Assembly (NCBI GenBank): GCA_963822445.1
Contig: CAWGHO010000003.1
Span: 1,312,001-1,376,000 of the forward strand
Length of the DNA: 64,000 bases
Source: an uncultured Acidobacteriota bacterium
Lineage (GTDB): Bacteria > Acidobacteriota > Thermoanaerobaculia > Gp7-AA8
Direction of reading: 5' to 3'
The position numbers and the translations under genes were made by a program. Under the pieces are notes generated by a model, which did not search any database, was not told where the DNA came from, and saw only the letters and a program-made list of their open reading frames with translations. Shown here piece after piece: positions 1-12,000 of the stretch (position 1 is its first letter; the number at the start of each line of letters is the position of its first letter).

Positions 1-3000
1 TCCGGCGAAGCCGTAGATGGCCAGGCCGCGGATGACATGGGAGTCGCCATCGACGTTGAGGCCGGACGAGCCGGGGTTCGCGCTGGTGCCGTCGATCTCG
101 ATCAGCGGCACGCGCGTGGTGGCGTTGTAGCCCGGCTGGGTGGTGCCGTCGATGGTGAGGTTCAGCACGTCGGCGACCGGGAGCGGGCCGGCGATCGGCG
201 TCAGCGTGGCGATGTTGAAGGTGATCGTGCAGGGCGACGGGCAGACGCCGGCGTCGGCATCGAGCATTGCCTGGAAGAGTGAGCCGGTGCCGGACGCATT
301 GCTGTTCGTGACGACGAGGGTGTTGTCACCGGTGATGGTGACCGTTGCCGTGCCGACGTCGTTGGCGTTGTTCGGATCGGCTTCAGTTGCCGAGGCCGCG
401 ACTGAATTGGTGCGCGTGCCGCCTTCATTCGCGGTCGCGTTGATGGCGACGGTCACGGTGTTGCCGACGCCGATCGTGCCGACGTTGCAGGTGACGACGC
501 TGCCGACGGTGTTGCACGAGCCGGTGCTCGGGGTCGCGCCGGTCACGGTCTGACCGGCCGGCAGCGTGTCGGTGATGACGACGCTCGTCGCCGGCGAGGG
601 ACCGTTGTTGAGGACGTTGAGGTTCCAGGTGACGGTGCCGCCGAGGGCCACGGTGCCGACGGCCGCGCTCTTGGTGACGGCGAGATCGGCCTGCGCCGCA
701 CCGACGTTGGTGACGGCGGTGGAGGTGTTGTCGCCGCCGCTGGAGTCGTTGCTCGCGGTCATGTTGGCGACGTTGCTGATGGCCTGCGGCGCTGACGGCG
801 CGGTGACGTCGAACGTGATGGTGTGCGTGCCCGCGGCGAGGGTCGCCGCGGTGCAGGTGAGCGTCGTCGTGCCGGTGCAGGTGAAGGAAGGCGCGGAGAG
901 GTTCGACGGAACCATGCCCGCCTGCATCACGTCGGTGACGCTGACGTTGCTGCCCGGGTCGGGGCCGGCGTTGACGACGGTGATGGTGTACGTGAAGACC
1001 TCGTTCGCGGCGACGTTCGCCGCGGCGGTCTTGGTGATCGACAGAGCAGCCGCCGCCGAGGCGGTGAGGGTGATGTTGGTGGGGTTGAGGCCGTAGTTGA
1101 GCGTGCCGCCGGTGAAGGTCAACCCGTTCTTCGTGGTGAAGTCGCCGCTGCGGCTGCCGAAGGAGAGGATCTGGTAGGTGTCGGCGTTCGCGGGCGTGTA
1201 GCCAATGCCGTAATTGATGTTGAGCGTGCCGGCGAGGTTGGCCTGGGCGCTGGTGGTCAGGCGCGAGAACTGGCCGGCGCCCGTGCCGGCGAGCTTCAGG
1301 GTGAGCGCGCCGGTGCCGGTCTGCGTGTAGTTCTGCGCGAATTGCAGCGTGCCGCTGATGATGTCGATGGTGCCGGTGTTGTTGACGACCCAGTTGGTGT
1401 CGAACGCGCTGGCGCCCGTGCCGACGGTCTTGTTCAGCGTGCCGCTGTTGTTGATGGTGACGCCGACCGCGCCGCTGGTGTTGTACGAGCCGAAGGGAAT
1501 GTCGCCGGCCAGCGTGAAGGTGCCGCCGTTGGCGAAGATCGCGCCGATGGACGCGCGCGAGTTGAGGCTGCCGCCGGTGACGTTCACGACGCCGTTGTTG
1601 GTGAGATTCGAGCCGGTCTCGAAGTTGATCGCGCCCGAGCTGAGAGTGAGGGTGTTGCCCGGGTCGATGGTGAGGGACGTCCGCAGCTCCGCGCTGCCGG
1701 CCCAAGTGTGAGACGGGGAGGGGCCGGCCAGGGTCAGACCGCCGGAGCCGGAGATCGTGCCGCCGGTGACGGTGAGGAGGTTCGTCGTCGCGGCTGTATT
1801 GAAGAAGACGTTGCCGGCGCTGACGAGTGTTGCGCCCGGCGCGTACGTGTTCGCGATGGTGGCGGTGCCGCCCGTCATGCGGAATGAGCCGGAGCCGGCG
1901 ATCGAGCCGGTGGTATTCGCGAAGGAGCCGCCGGCGACTTCGAACCCGCCCGGCGAGGTAACCGTGATTGCGCCTGCGTTCGTGCTGCCGCTGCCCTCGA
2001 GGCGGAGGATGCCGCTGGTGATGGCGATCGTGCCGGTTGCGCCGTTGCTGACCGCCCAGGTGGAGTCGAGCGTGGAGGTGGCGGCACCGGCGGTTTTGTT
2101 GATGTTGCCGCTGTTCACGATCGTCGTGCCGACCGCGCCGCTGGTGTTCCAGGAGCCGAACTGCACGTCGTTCGAGAGATTGACCACGCCGGGGTTGAGC
2201 CAGGTCGCGCCGATGGAGGCGCGCGAGTTGAAGCCGCCACCGGTGACGTTGAACGTCCCGTTGTTGGTGAGGTTGGAGCCGGTGTCGAAGACGAACGCGC
2301 CGCCGCTCATGGTCAGCGTGTTGCCCGGGTTGATGGTGAGCGCGGTCTGGACGACGGTGCTGCCGGTCCAGGTGTGGGTAGTGCCGGCGAGGGTAAGGCT
2401 GCCGGTGCCGGCGATCGTGCCGCCGGATGCGGTGAGGAGCGCGGTCGTTGCGGCGGTGTCGAAGGTCAGGGTGCCGGCGGTGATCGCGGTGCCGACGTTA
2501 TAGGTGCTGCTGATGGTCGAGGTGCCGCCGGCGCTGCGGAAGGTACCCGTTCCGGACAGCGATCCGGCGGTGCTGGAGAACGATCCCGTTCCGACCTCGA
2601 AGATGCCCGGCGAGGTGATGGTGATCGGGCCGGTGTTGGTGTTGCCGCTGCCGTCGAGGCGGAGCGTTCCGTCGGTCACGGTCAGCGCGCCGCTGTTGTT
2701 GAGGGCCCAGTTCACGTCGAAGCCGGTCGTGCCCGCGCCGGCGGATTTGGTGATCGTGCCGGTGCCGGTGTTGTTGATGGTGACGCCGACGCTTCCGCTG
2801 GTGTTGAACGAGCCGAAAGAGACGTTGCCGGTAATGTTGAAGGTGGCGTTGTTGGTGAGCGTGGAGCCGATGCCCGCGGGCGTGGCCACGGTGGCGCCGG
2901 CGAGGGTCAGCGTTCCGTTGTTGGTCAGGGACGCTCCCGGCTCGAACCGTAGCGTGCCGGTGACCGACAGCGCACCCGTGGCCGCGATGGTGCTGGGTCC

Positions 3001-6000
3001 GGTGAGGATGAGCGTTGCCGAGCCTACGCTCAGCGTTGCCCCGGCACCGACATGCACTCCGGTCACGGTCTGGTTGATGCCGCTCATGGTGACCGTGTAC
3101 GTGCCGGTGGCGTCGAGGTACGCCGTCTGCGCGGACGTCGGGACCACACCGGTGCTCCAGTTGGCGGCGGTGTTCCAGTTTCCGCTGACAGGATTGAGCC
3201 AGTGCGGATCGGCCGAGTAGACGTAGCCATTCGTCAGGGTCGCGTCAGCGGAGTCGGGGTGGGTGACGACGACATCGACCGTGCCGGCGGCATGGGCCGG
3301 CGTGGTCGCGGTGATGGTGCTGGTGTTGACGACGGTGATCGACGTCGCAGCGACGCCGTCGAAGGTTACGCCGGCGCCGGCGTGGAAGTTCGTGCCGCTG
3401 ATGGTGACGCTTTGACCACCCGCCGGCGAGCCGATGGCCGGCGCGATGCCGGTGACGGTGACGACCGGGCCGGTGAGCGGAGTGATGGTCGCGGCAATCC
3501 CCGTGCTGTCGTCGAGGTAGTTCCCATTGCCGTAGCCGACGGTCAGCTCGACGACGTCGCCGAGGTTCAGAGACCTGCGCAGGACGAAGCTCTGCGGCAC
3601 GTTGTAGGCGGTGACGTTGCCGCTGAACTGTTCGATGCCCCCGATGAGGACCGCCACGTCGGTAGTGGTCGGAGCCTGATCGACGCCCGTGAATGCGCCG
3701 CTGATCTGCCACTGACCGGCCGCGGGGGCCGTCCAGCGCACCACTGAGTTTTCCCCGGCCGCGCCGGAATGCCCGCCGAACGTGCCGGCGGGAACGGTGA
3801 CGTCGCCGGAGTGCGTGATTGGCGAGGCCGTCGGATTGTGGAACGCCGTCGGCGCCGCACCGACGTACCAGTAATCGTAGCCACTGCCATGGGTGGTGGA
3901 CGTCGTGAAGAGATTGAACGCGCTTCCGCGTGTGGCTGACCATCCGTAGGACCACGGTCCGGTCGGATTCACGGTCCTGGAGAAGTCCCGGGCGACGTCC
4001 CAGTTGTCGTTGTACGCGAACGCGCCGTTGGCGGAGCCGGCGGGGTTGGTGACGGAGACGACGATGTTGCCGGCGGCGTGTGCAGGCGCGATGACCTCGA
4101 GCAACGTCGCCGTCTGGTTGACGATCGTCGCGGGCGTGGAGTCGAAGACGATTGACGTGACCGTGTCGAGCGCGGTGCCGTCGATGTAAATGGTGGTGCC
4201 GCCGGCGACGTTGGCGTTGTTCGGACGCAACGCACTGACCGTCGGACCGGAGGTCGCGAGATAGGTGAAGCCGCCGACGCTGGTGGCCGGCTGGCCGTCA
4301 GGATTCGTGACGACGACGTCGATTGCCGCCGGAGCGGTTCCGCCGAACGCGGGCGTCGTGGCGGTGATCTGCGTCGGGCTGTTGAACGTGACCGAGGCCA
4401 CGACGCCGTCGAAAGTCACCGTGGGCGTGGCCGCGAAGCCGGTGCCGACGATGACGACGCTCGTGCCGCCGAACTCCGTGCCGGAATTCGGGGTGAGGCT
4501 GGTGATGGTCGGGCCGCTGGCGGTGAGCAGAACGCTGCTGCTGCCCGGATAGCTGACACCGAACGAGCGGCCGGCGCCGAAGCTGGTGCTGGTCGTGCCG
4601 AAGGTGCCGCTGACCGGCGACATGACCGACCAGGTCTGTCCGCCCTGCGGAACGAACGGGCCGACGACGTACGCGGTGAGCTGCGCACCGCCGATGTTCG
4701 GCGTGCCGGTGAAGGTCATCGTGCCGGCGGTGGTCGCGCTGCTGACGCCGAACTTGTAATGCGAGCTGGCGTTGCCAGCGATCGACTGGGTGTAGTTGAT
4801 GGCACCGCTCTCGACGTCGACGATGCCGCCGCTGTTGTCGGAGTTCACGCCCATCGTGAACGTGCCCGCGCCGGCCGTCTTCTTGATCGTGCCGGTGTTC
4901 ATCACCCAGGAGGGGTTGAACCGCGACCACGTTCCATCGACCTGCAGGTCGACCGTGCCGCTGTTGTTGAAGTTGCCGGTCTGGAAGGTGAGGCCGCCCG
5001 TCGATGTGTAAACGATGCTGCCCTGGTTGTTGAGGATGCGCTCCATCACCAGCGGGCTGCTGCCGCTGATCGTGGTCGCGCAAAGGAGGCCGAGAGTCAT
5101 CGTGCCGGCGCCGCTCGTGGAGCCGCCCGTCCAGTTGAAGGTGTCGCTGACGCTCATCGTGCCGGCGCCGTTCATCGTGCCGCTGCTGAAATCGAGGTTC
5201 GCGACGGTGGCGGTACCGCTGGTGGTCACGGTTGCGCCGGAGACCTGCAGCGAGCCGAGGCCGGTTTGCGTGGCGTTGAACGTGCTCCCGCCCGCGTTGT
5301 AGGCGACGGCGGTCCCGGCGGCGGTGGTGAACGTTCCGCTGCTCGTGCCACTGCCGTTCAGATTCAGCGCACCGCTGTTGATGGTGACCTGGTTGTTGTT
5401 GCTGAACGATTCGGAGAAGGTGAGCGTGCCCGCGCCGAGGGTCATCGTGCCGTCGTTGACGAACGTGCCCTGCCAGGTGCTCGAGCCGGTGCCCGTGGTC
5501 TTGTTGAAGTTCGCGCCGGTGGCGTTGGTGAACGTCGTGGCGTTGAAGCGCAGCCAGGTCGCGTTACTGAGCAGATTGAAGATGGCGTTGTTGGTGATGC
5601 TGCCCGTCTGCAGGGTGAACGAGCCGGTCATGTCGAAGTTGACGATGCCGTCGTTCGTAGCGACGCGCTCCATGGCCCGGTTGTTCGCGCCGGTGATGGT
5701 CGTCGTGCAGCCGCCACCGAGAATGAGCACGCCGCCACCGGTGAAGTCACCACCGCTCCAGAGGAAGGTGGTGTCGACGGTGAGGGCCGTGCCATTGATC
5801 GTGCCGCCGGTGAGCTCGAGGTTATTGGCGGCCGCACCGTTCGCCGAAACGGTTCCGCCGGTGACCTGCAGCTTCCCGCCGCTCGATTGAAGTCCACCGA
5901 AGGTGTGAGAGCCGGCGTTGTACGCGACCACCGTTCCTGCGACGGTGTCGAAAGTACCGGTGCTGGTGCCGCTGCCGTTCAGGTTCAGCGTTCCGCTGTT

Positions 6001-9000
6001 GACGGTAACGAGGTTGTTGTTGCTGAAGGACTCGGAGAACGTGAGCGTGCCCGCGCCGAGCGTCATCGTGCCGTCATTGACGAACGTGCCCTGCCACGTG
6101 CTCGTGCCGGCGGCGGTGGTCTTGTTGAAGTTTCCGCCGCTGGCGTTGGTGAAGATGGGCGCATTGAAGCGCAGCCAGGTGGCATTGCTCTGGAGGTTGA
6201 AGGTGCCGTTGTTGGTGAAGTTGCCGGTATTGAGGGTGAAGGCGCCGGTCACATCGAAGTTGATCGTGCCATTGTTCACCACCGTCGCGACGACGCGTGG
6301 CGAGGCGCCGCTGATCGTGGTCGTGCAGGTGCTGGCGAGGGTGAGAGCGTCGCTGACGAAGTCGCCGGCCGTCCATTGGAGAGAATCGTTGATGGCGAAC
6401 GCCGATGTGCCGGTCATCGTGCCCGCGGTGAGCTCGACGTTCGACGCCGTACCGCTCACAGTCACCGTCGCGCCCGATCCTCGGAGTTTCCCGCTGCCGG
6501 TGAACGCGCCGCTGAATGTGTGACTGCCGGCGGAGTACTCGACGATGCCCGTACCTGCGCCGGTGGCGAACGTGCCACTGCTCGAGCCGCTGCCGCTGAG
6601 TTTCAACGTGCCGGCGGTGACATTCACCAGGTTCGTGTTGCCGAAGGTCTCGGTGAAGTTCAGCGTGCCCGCGCCGAGGTTCATCGTTCCCGCGTTCGAG
6701 AACGTGCCCTGCCATGTAGAGGTGCCCGTGGCGAGGGTCTTGTTGAACGTGGCCGTCGCGGTGTTCAGGAAGGACGTGGAGTTGAAGCGCAGCCAGGTGG
6801 CGTCGCTCTGCAGATTGAACGTGCCGTTGTTGGTGAAGTTGCTGGTGTGCTGCGTGTACGTGCCGGTCATGTCGAAGGTGACCGTGCCGTTGTTGGTGAT
6901 GCCACCGGCGCTGTAGCGGGTGGTGGCGCCGGTGATGGTGGAGATCGAGCCCGTGTCGAGGACGAGCGCGGCGCCGAGGTCGCCGCCGTTCCAGGTCATG
7001 CCGCCGGTGACGGTCAGCGTGAATGCACCGCTGAGGCGCGTGCCCGAACCGTTGAAGGTGACGTTGGTCACGGAGCGGTTCGAGTCCAGCGCGACGTCGT
7101 GGTTGATGACGGCGCTGTCGTACGACTGCGGGAAGCTGCCCGCGCCCCAGGTGGCGGGATTGTTCCAGGCGCCGTTGGTGACGCTGGTGTACGTGGTGGC
7201 GGCGATGAAGGCGAATCCGTTCGTGAGCGAGCCCGTTCCGGCCGCGGTGGTGACGTCGACGTTGTACGTGCCGGAGGCGGTGGCAACGGTGGTCGCAGTG
7301 ATCTGCGACTGGGTGTTCGTGCCGATGCTGATGGGATTGCCGACGGTCACCGAGGCGCCGCTCATCGAGCTGCCGGCGATCGTGACGCCGGTGCCGCCCG
7401 CGGTGGTGCCGCTGGTGGGGTTGATGCTCAGAACGGTGGGCGCCGCCGGATAGCACTTACCAGCGTCGTCCGCATCGTAAATCGCCAGCACCTCGGCAGC
7501 AGAAAGAGCGCGGTTGTAGACCGAGACCTCATCGATCGAGCCGTTGAAGAAGTAGGCCAGGGATTCGTTCTCGTACTCGGCGCCGATCGTGAGCGGATGC
7601 GTGTCGTACGCGATCGACGCGAGCTCCGCGGCGCTCAGGGCGAGCTGGCCGTCGACGTAGAGGCGGATGTCGTTTGCGGCGTCATCGAAGGTCAGCGCGA
7701 CGTGGTACCAGACGCCGGTGGACGGCGTGAAGGCCGTGGTCTTGTAGGTGATGCCGCCCGGACCACCGACGCCGAAGTAGAGCAGGTTGTCCTTGTACGA
7801 GACGCCGTAGGACTCGAACGTGCCCGTGCCCGCCGTCTTGCCGAACAACATCGCGTAATTGCCCACCGGGACGCTGTTGAACTTGACCCATCCCTCGATG
7901 GTCACGTTCGGGGCGGGACGGCTCCAGACGGAGTCCGGGACGCTGACATGCTGGGTGCCGTTGAGAGCGAAGGCCTGCCCGACACGGCCCGCTGCATAGC
8001 CGCCGTTGTTGGTGCCGTTCGTTCCACCGGCGCCGTCGGTCGCATCTCCTTCGCCTCGGAACCACGACACGACGCCACTGGTGGTGATGTCGCAAAGCGC
8101 GGCGGCGTAACTGAACGCGCTGGTCAACGTGTCCGACCCGTCTGGATTGGTGACGGTGACGTTGACCGTGCCCGCGCCGGCCGGTGTGCGCACTTTGAGG
8201 ATCGGTGAGGTCGAGAGGATGGTGGCGTTGCTCGCTCCGAACTGAACCTGCGTGACGCTGCTGAGGTTCGTGCCGGAGATCTCGGTGTAGGTTCCGCCGT
8301 TGACCGTGCCGCTGGTGACGGAGAGCGCGGTGATCGTCGGCGAGCTCGCGTTGTACGTGAACGCATTGAGCTTCGTGTGCGCTTCGGTGTTCGCGTTGGT
8401 GACGGTGACATTGACCGCGCCCGCGGCGTGGGCGGGGGAGGTCGCGGTGAGCTCGGTCGCGCTCTGCCAGAGAACCGGCGTCGCGAAGGTCGTGTCGAAT
8501 TTGACCGTGCCGGTGAAGTTCTCGCCGGGCGTGGTGCCGGTGAAGCCGGTGCCGGTGATGGTGACCGCCGTGCCGCCGGTGAGGCCGCCCGACATCGGGG
8601 ACAGCGTGGTGATGGTCGGGCCACTCGCGGTCAGCGTGAGATCGTTCGCGTTGTAGGTCTCGGCCAGCGTACGCGTGCCGGCGAAGGTGTAGTTCTTGGT
8701 GATGAAGTCGCCGCTGCGACCGCCGAACGTCAGCACCTGGAACGCGGTGCCGCCATCGGGGACGTAGCCGATGTTCACTTCCGGAGTCGACGTTCCGGAA
8801 AGCGTCACGGTGCCGGTGACGGCGATGCGGCCGAAGTCCGTCAGCGGCGTCGGGCCGTTGATGGGGAACTTCAGCGTGCCGTTGCTGGTCAGGCCGCTGG
8901 GGAAGGCGAGGATGCCCGTGGCCGCGCCGATGGTGCCCGTCGCGGTGTTCGTGCAGACGCCGCCGCAATGAACGTTGCTCGTGCCGGTGCCTCCGGTCTT

Positions 9001-12000
9001 GCCGAAGAGACCACTGAGGCCGAAGGTGCCGGCGCCGCCGGTGCCGTCGTACCCGAAGTCGTGATCGCCGGTGATGGCCAGCGAGGCCAGAGCACCGGCG
9101 AGGCTGAAGGAGCCGCCGTTGCGGAAGCCAACCGTGGTGCCGGCGTTCATCGAGCCGGCGATGGTGATCGTTCCACCGTCGACCTTCGGGGTCTGCGTAC
9201 CGGCGACGGCGTTCAGCGTCGCGCCGCTGTCGATGGTCAGACCGCTGCCGGCGATCGATGCTTCCTTCCAGGTGAGGATGCCCGTCAGCGTGACGCCGTT
9301 GAAGGTCATCGTGTTCGCGCCGCGCAGCATCAGCACGCCGGTCGTCGGCGCGGCGATGTTGCCGGCGAAGCTCGCCGCGCTGTTGACGTCGTGCGTGCCG
9401 TTGCCGATGAAGCTCGCGCCGGTCAGGAAGGTCGCGCCGTTGCTGAAGCGAACGGTCGCGCCAGCCGCCGCGTTGAACGTGCCGTCGCTCGTGATCGGCG
9501 AAGTGATCTCGATGATTCCGCTGTCGGACTGGATCGTGCCCGAGCCGCTGAGCGTCGCGCCGCCGCCGAGGGACATCGGCAGCGAGCCGCCGCTCTTGAG
9601 GATCGTTCCGGAGTTGTCGATCGAGGCGACGAGGCCGACGCCGTCCCAGCGGAAGTCGCGATCGTCCTGGATGTCGACGAGACCGCCGATGTCCATCGAG
9701 GAGCCGTTGGTGAAATGGACGGCGGCGCCCTGGAGCTCGAGCGTGCCGTTGTTCTGCCACGCCAGTCCGTCAGCGATCTTCACCGTGCCGCCGCTGATGG
9801 TGGTGATGACCGTTCCCGGCGGGGTCTGCAGGGTGTTGCCGATGAACGTGGCGTCCTTCCACTCCAGATTGCCGGTGAAGGTGGCCGTGGTCCAGGTGAT
9901 GTTCGCGATCGCGTCGATCCGGAAGATGGTCGCGCTCGCGGAGATCGAGCCCTTGAGCTCGACCGCGCTGTTGATGAGGATCGTGCCCGTGCCGGTGAAG
10001 TCGGTGCCGGTCTCGAAGGTGCCGCCGGTCGAGAACTGCATCGTGGCGCCGTTGAGCACCTGGAAGGTTTGCGAGGCCGCGGGGTTCGCGGAGATCCTGC
10101 GGCCGCTGGTGGCGCTGCCAATGATGAAGCCGGCGGTGGTGATGTCGCTGGTGATGTTCAGCGTCCCCGACTCGCCGCTGATGAAGCCGATGTTGTTCAG
10201 CTCCGCGCCGCCGCCGAGCGAGCTCAGTCCCGCCCCGGCGATCTTCTTGATGATGCCGCTGTCGTTGTTGTCGATCTGAACGATGGCGCCTGCGCCGTTC
10301 CACATCAGGTCGAAATCGCCGTTGATGTTGATCGTCCCGTCGTTGTTCAGCGATGCCCCGTTTGACAGATGGAGGCTGGCCGCGTTGAGGTTGATCGTGC
10401 CGTCGTTGACGAGCGGCGAGAACTCGATGGTGTGGGTGACTGCAGTGGCGATGTTGAGAATCGACCCGTTGGAGATGGTCAGGCCCGCGGAGATCGTTCC
10501 GCTGTTCCAGGCCATCGTCCCGTCGACGGTGAGGTCGAGGGAGCCCCAGAGATTGGCGTTGAGCTGAATGTCGTTGATCGTCGCGCTGACGTCGACGGTC
10601 ACGTCGTGATTGACGACGACGTTGTCCCACGCGTTGGGAACGACGCCGCCCTGCCAGGTGGCCGTGCTCGACCAGTTGCCCGGACTCTGCGTCTGAATGG
10701 TCTGGGGCAGGGCGACGGTGAAGGACTTGAAGCTGGTGCCGATGGTGGAGGCGGTGACGCTGATCGTGCCCGTGGTCGCTCCGGCGGGGACGGTGGCGTA
10801 GATCTCGGTGTCCCCGCTGATCCCGAAGCCGGGGTCGGAGACGCCGTTGAACTTCACGTCGGTCGCGCCGGTGAAGTTCGAGCCGTAGAGGGTGACCGCG
10901 GTTCCGGTCGCGCCAATGGTCGGCGTGAAGCTGGCCACGGACGGATCAGTCGCGCCCCATTGCTGAGCGATGCCGGCGCCCCATTCCGTGGCGTAACTCG
11001 CCACCCCATTCACCTCGGCGAAAAGATTCGTCGTGTCGACCCAGCCCGCGGGAAACGTGGGAGTGGTTCCGAAGTCGCGAATGGGGACGAACGTCCGGAT
11101 GTCGCCACTCCAGTTGAGATTCGGCCAGTAGTACTTCAGGTCGACCGTGGACGGATCGCCGCTGAGGTTCCAGAGGAAGTTCACGCGTGACGTCGAGGTG
11201 ACGTCGGTGACCAGCACGTTGATCGTAGCCGCGGAGGCGGAGGTGATCTCGATCGGCGCGTATCCACCGGAGAGATCGCTGATGGTCTCGAACCTGCGCA
11301 TCTGTCCGGCGGGAATGGCGATGGAGAGGTTGCCCTGCACGCCGCCGAAGGTCCGGCTGATCGTTCCTGTCGAGGCAACGGTCAGCTTCCGCGGCGACTC
11401 GATCACGATGTTGCCGCCGCCGCTCAGATCCACGAGGTTGGTGACGGTGAGGTCGTAGCCGGCGAACGAGTCGAGCTCCATCCCGTAAGTGCCGGTGATG
11501 CGAAGAGTGGGAATCGAGATCGCGGCGGTGGACGCGCCGCTCAGCTCGCCCCACCACGAGGAGGCGGTGATCCAGAGCTCGCCGGTCGTGCCGCCGTTGA
11601 AAGCGCCGTCGATGATCAGGTAGGCGGCGATCTTCAGAATGCCGCTGTTCAGCTCGAGCGTGCCGGGCGTGTCGATGAGGACGACGTCCTGCGAGTCGAT
11701 CGCGAAGCTGCCGAGATTGAAGGTGCCGTCGAGGATGAACAGCTCGTCGGCGACGCTGGCGTTGCCGGCCAGCGTCGCCGTGCCGGAGGATTTGTCGATG
11801 GTCAGATCTTCGTACGCCGTGCCGCGGACGATCTGCGCGCCGGTGCCGTTGTAGGTGACGCCGGAGGAGTTGCTGACGAACGTGCCGGTGTGCAGAAAGT
11901 CGCCGCCGATCTCGAGCAGGCCAAGGCTCAGCACCAGCGCGCCATTGCCGGTCACGTCGCCGGTCACCACGGCGCCCCTGCTATTGAGGTCCAACGTGGC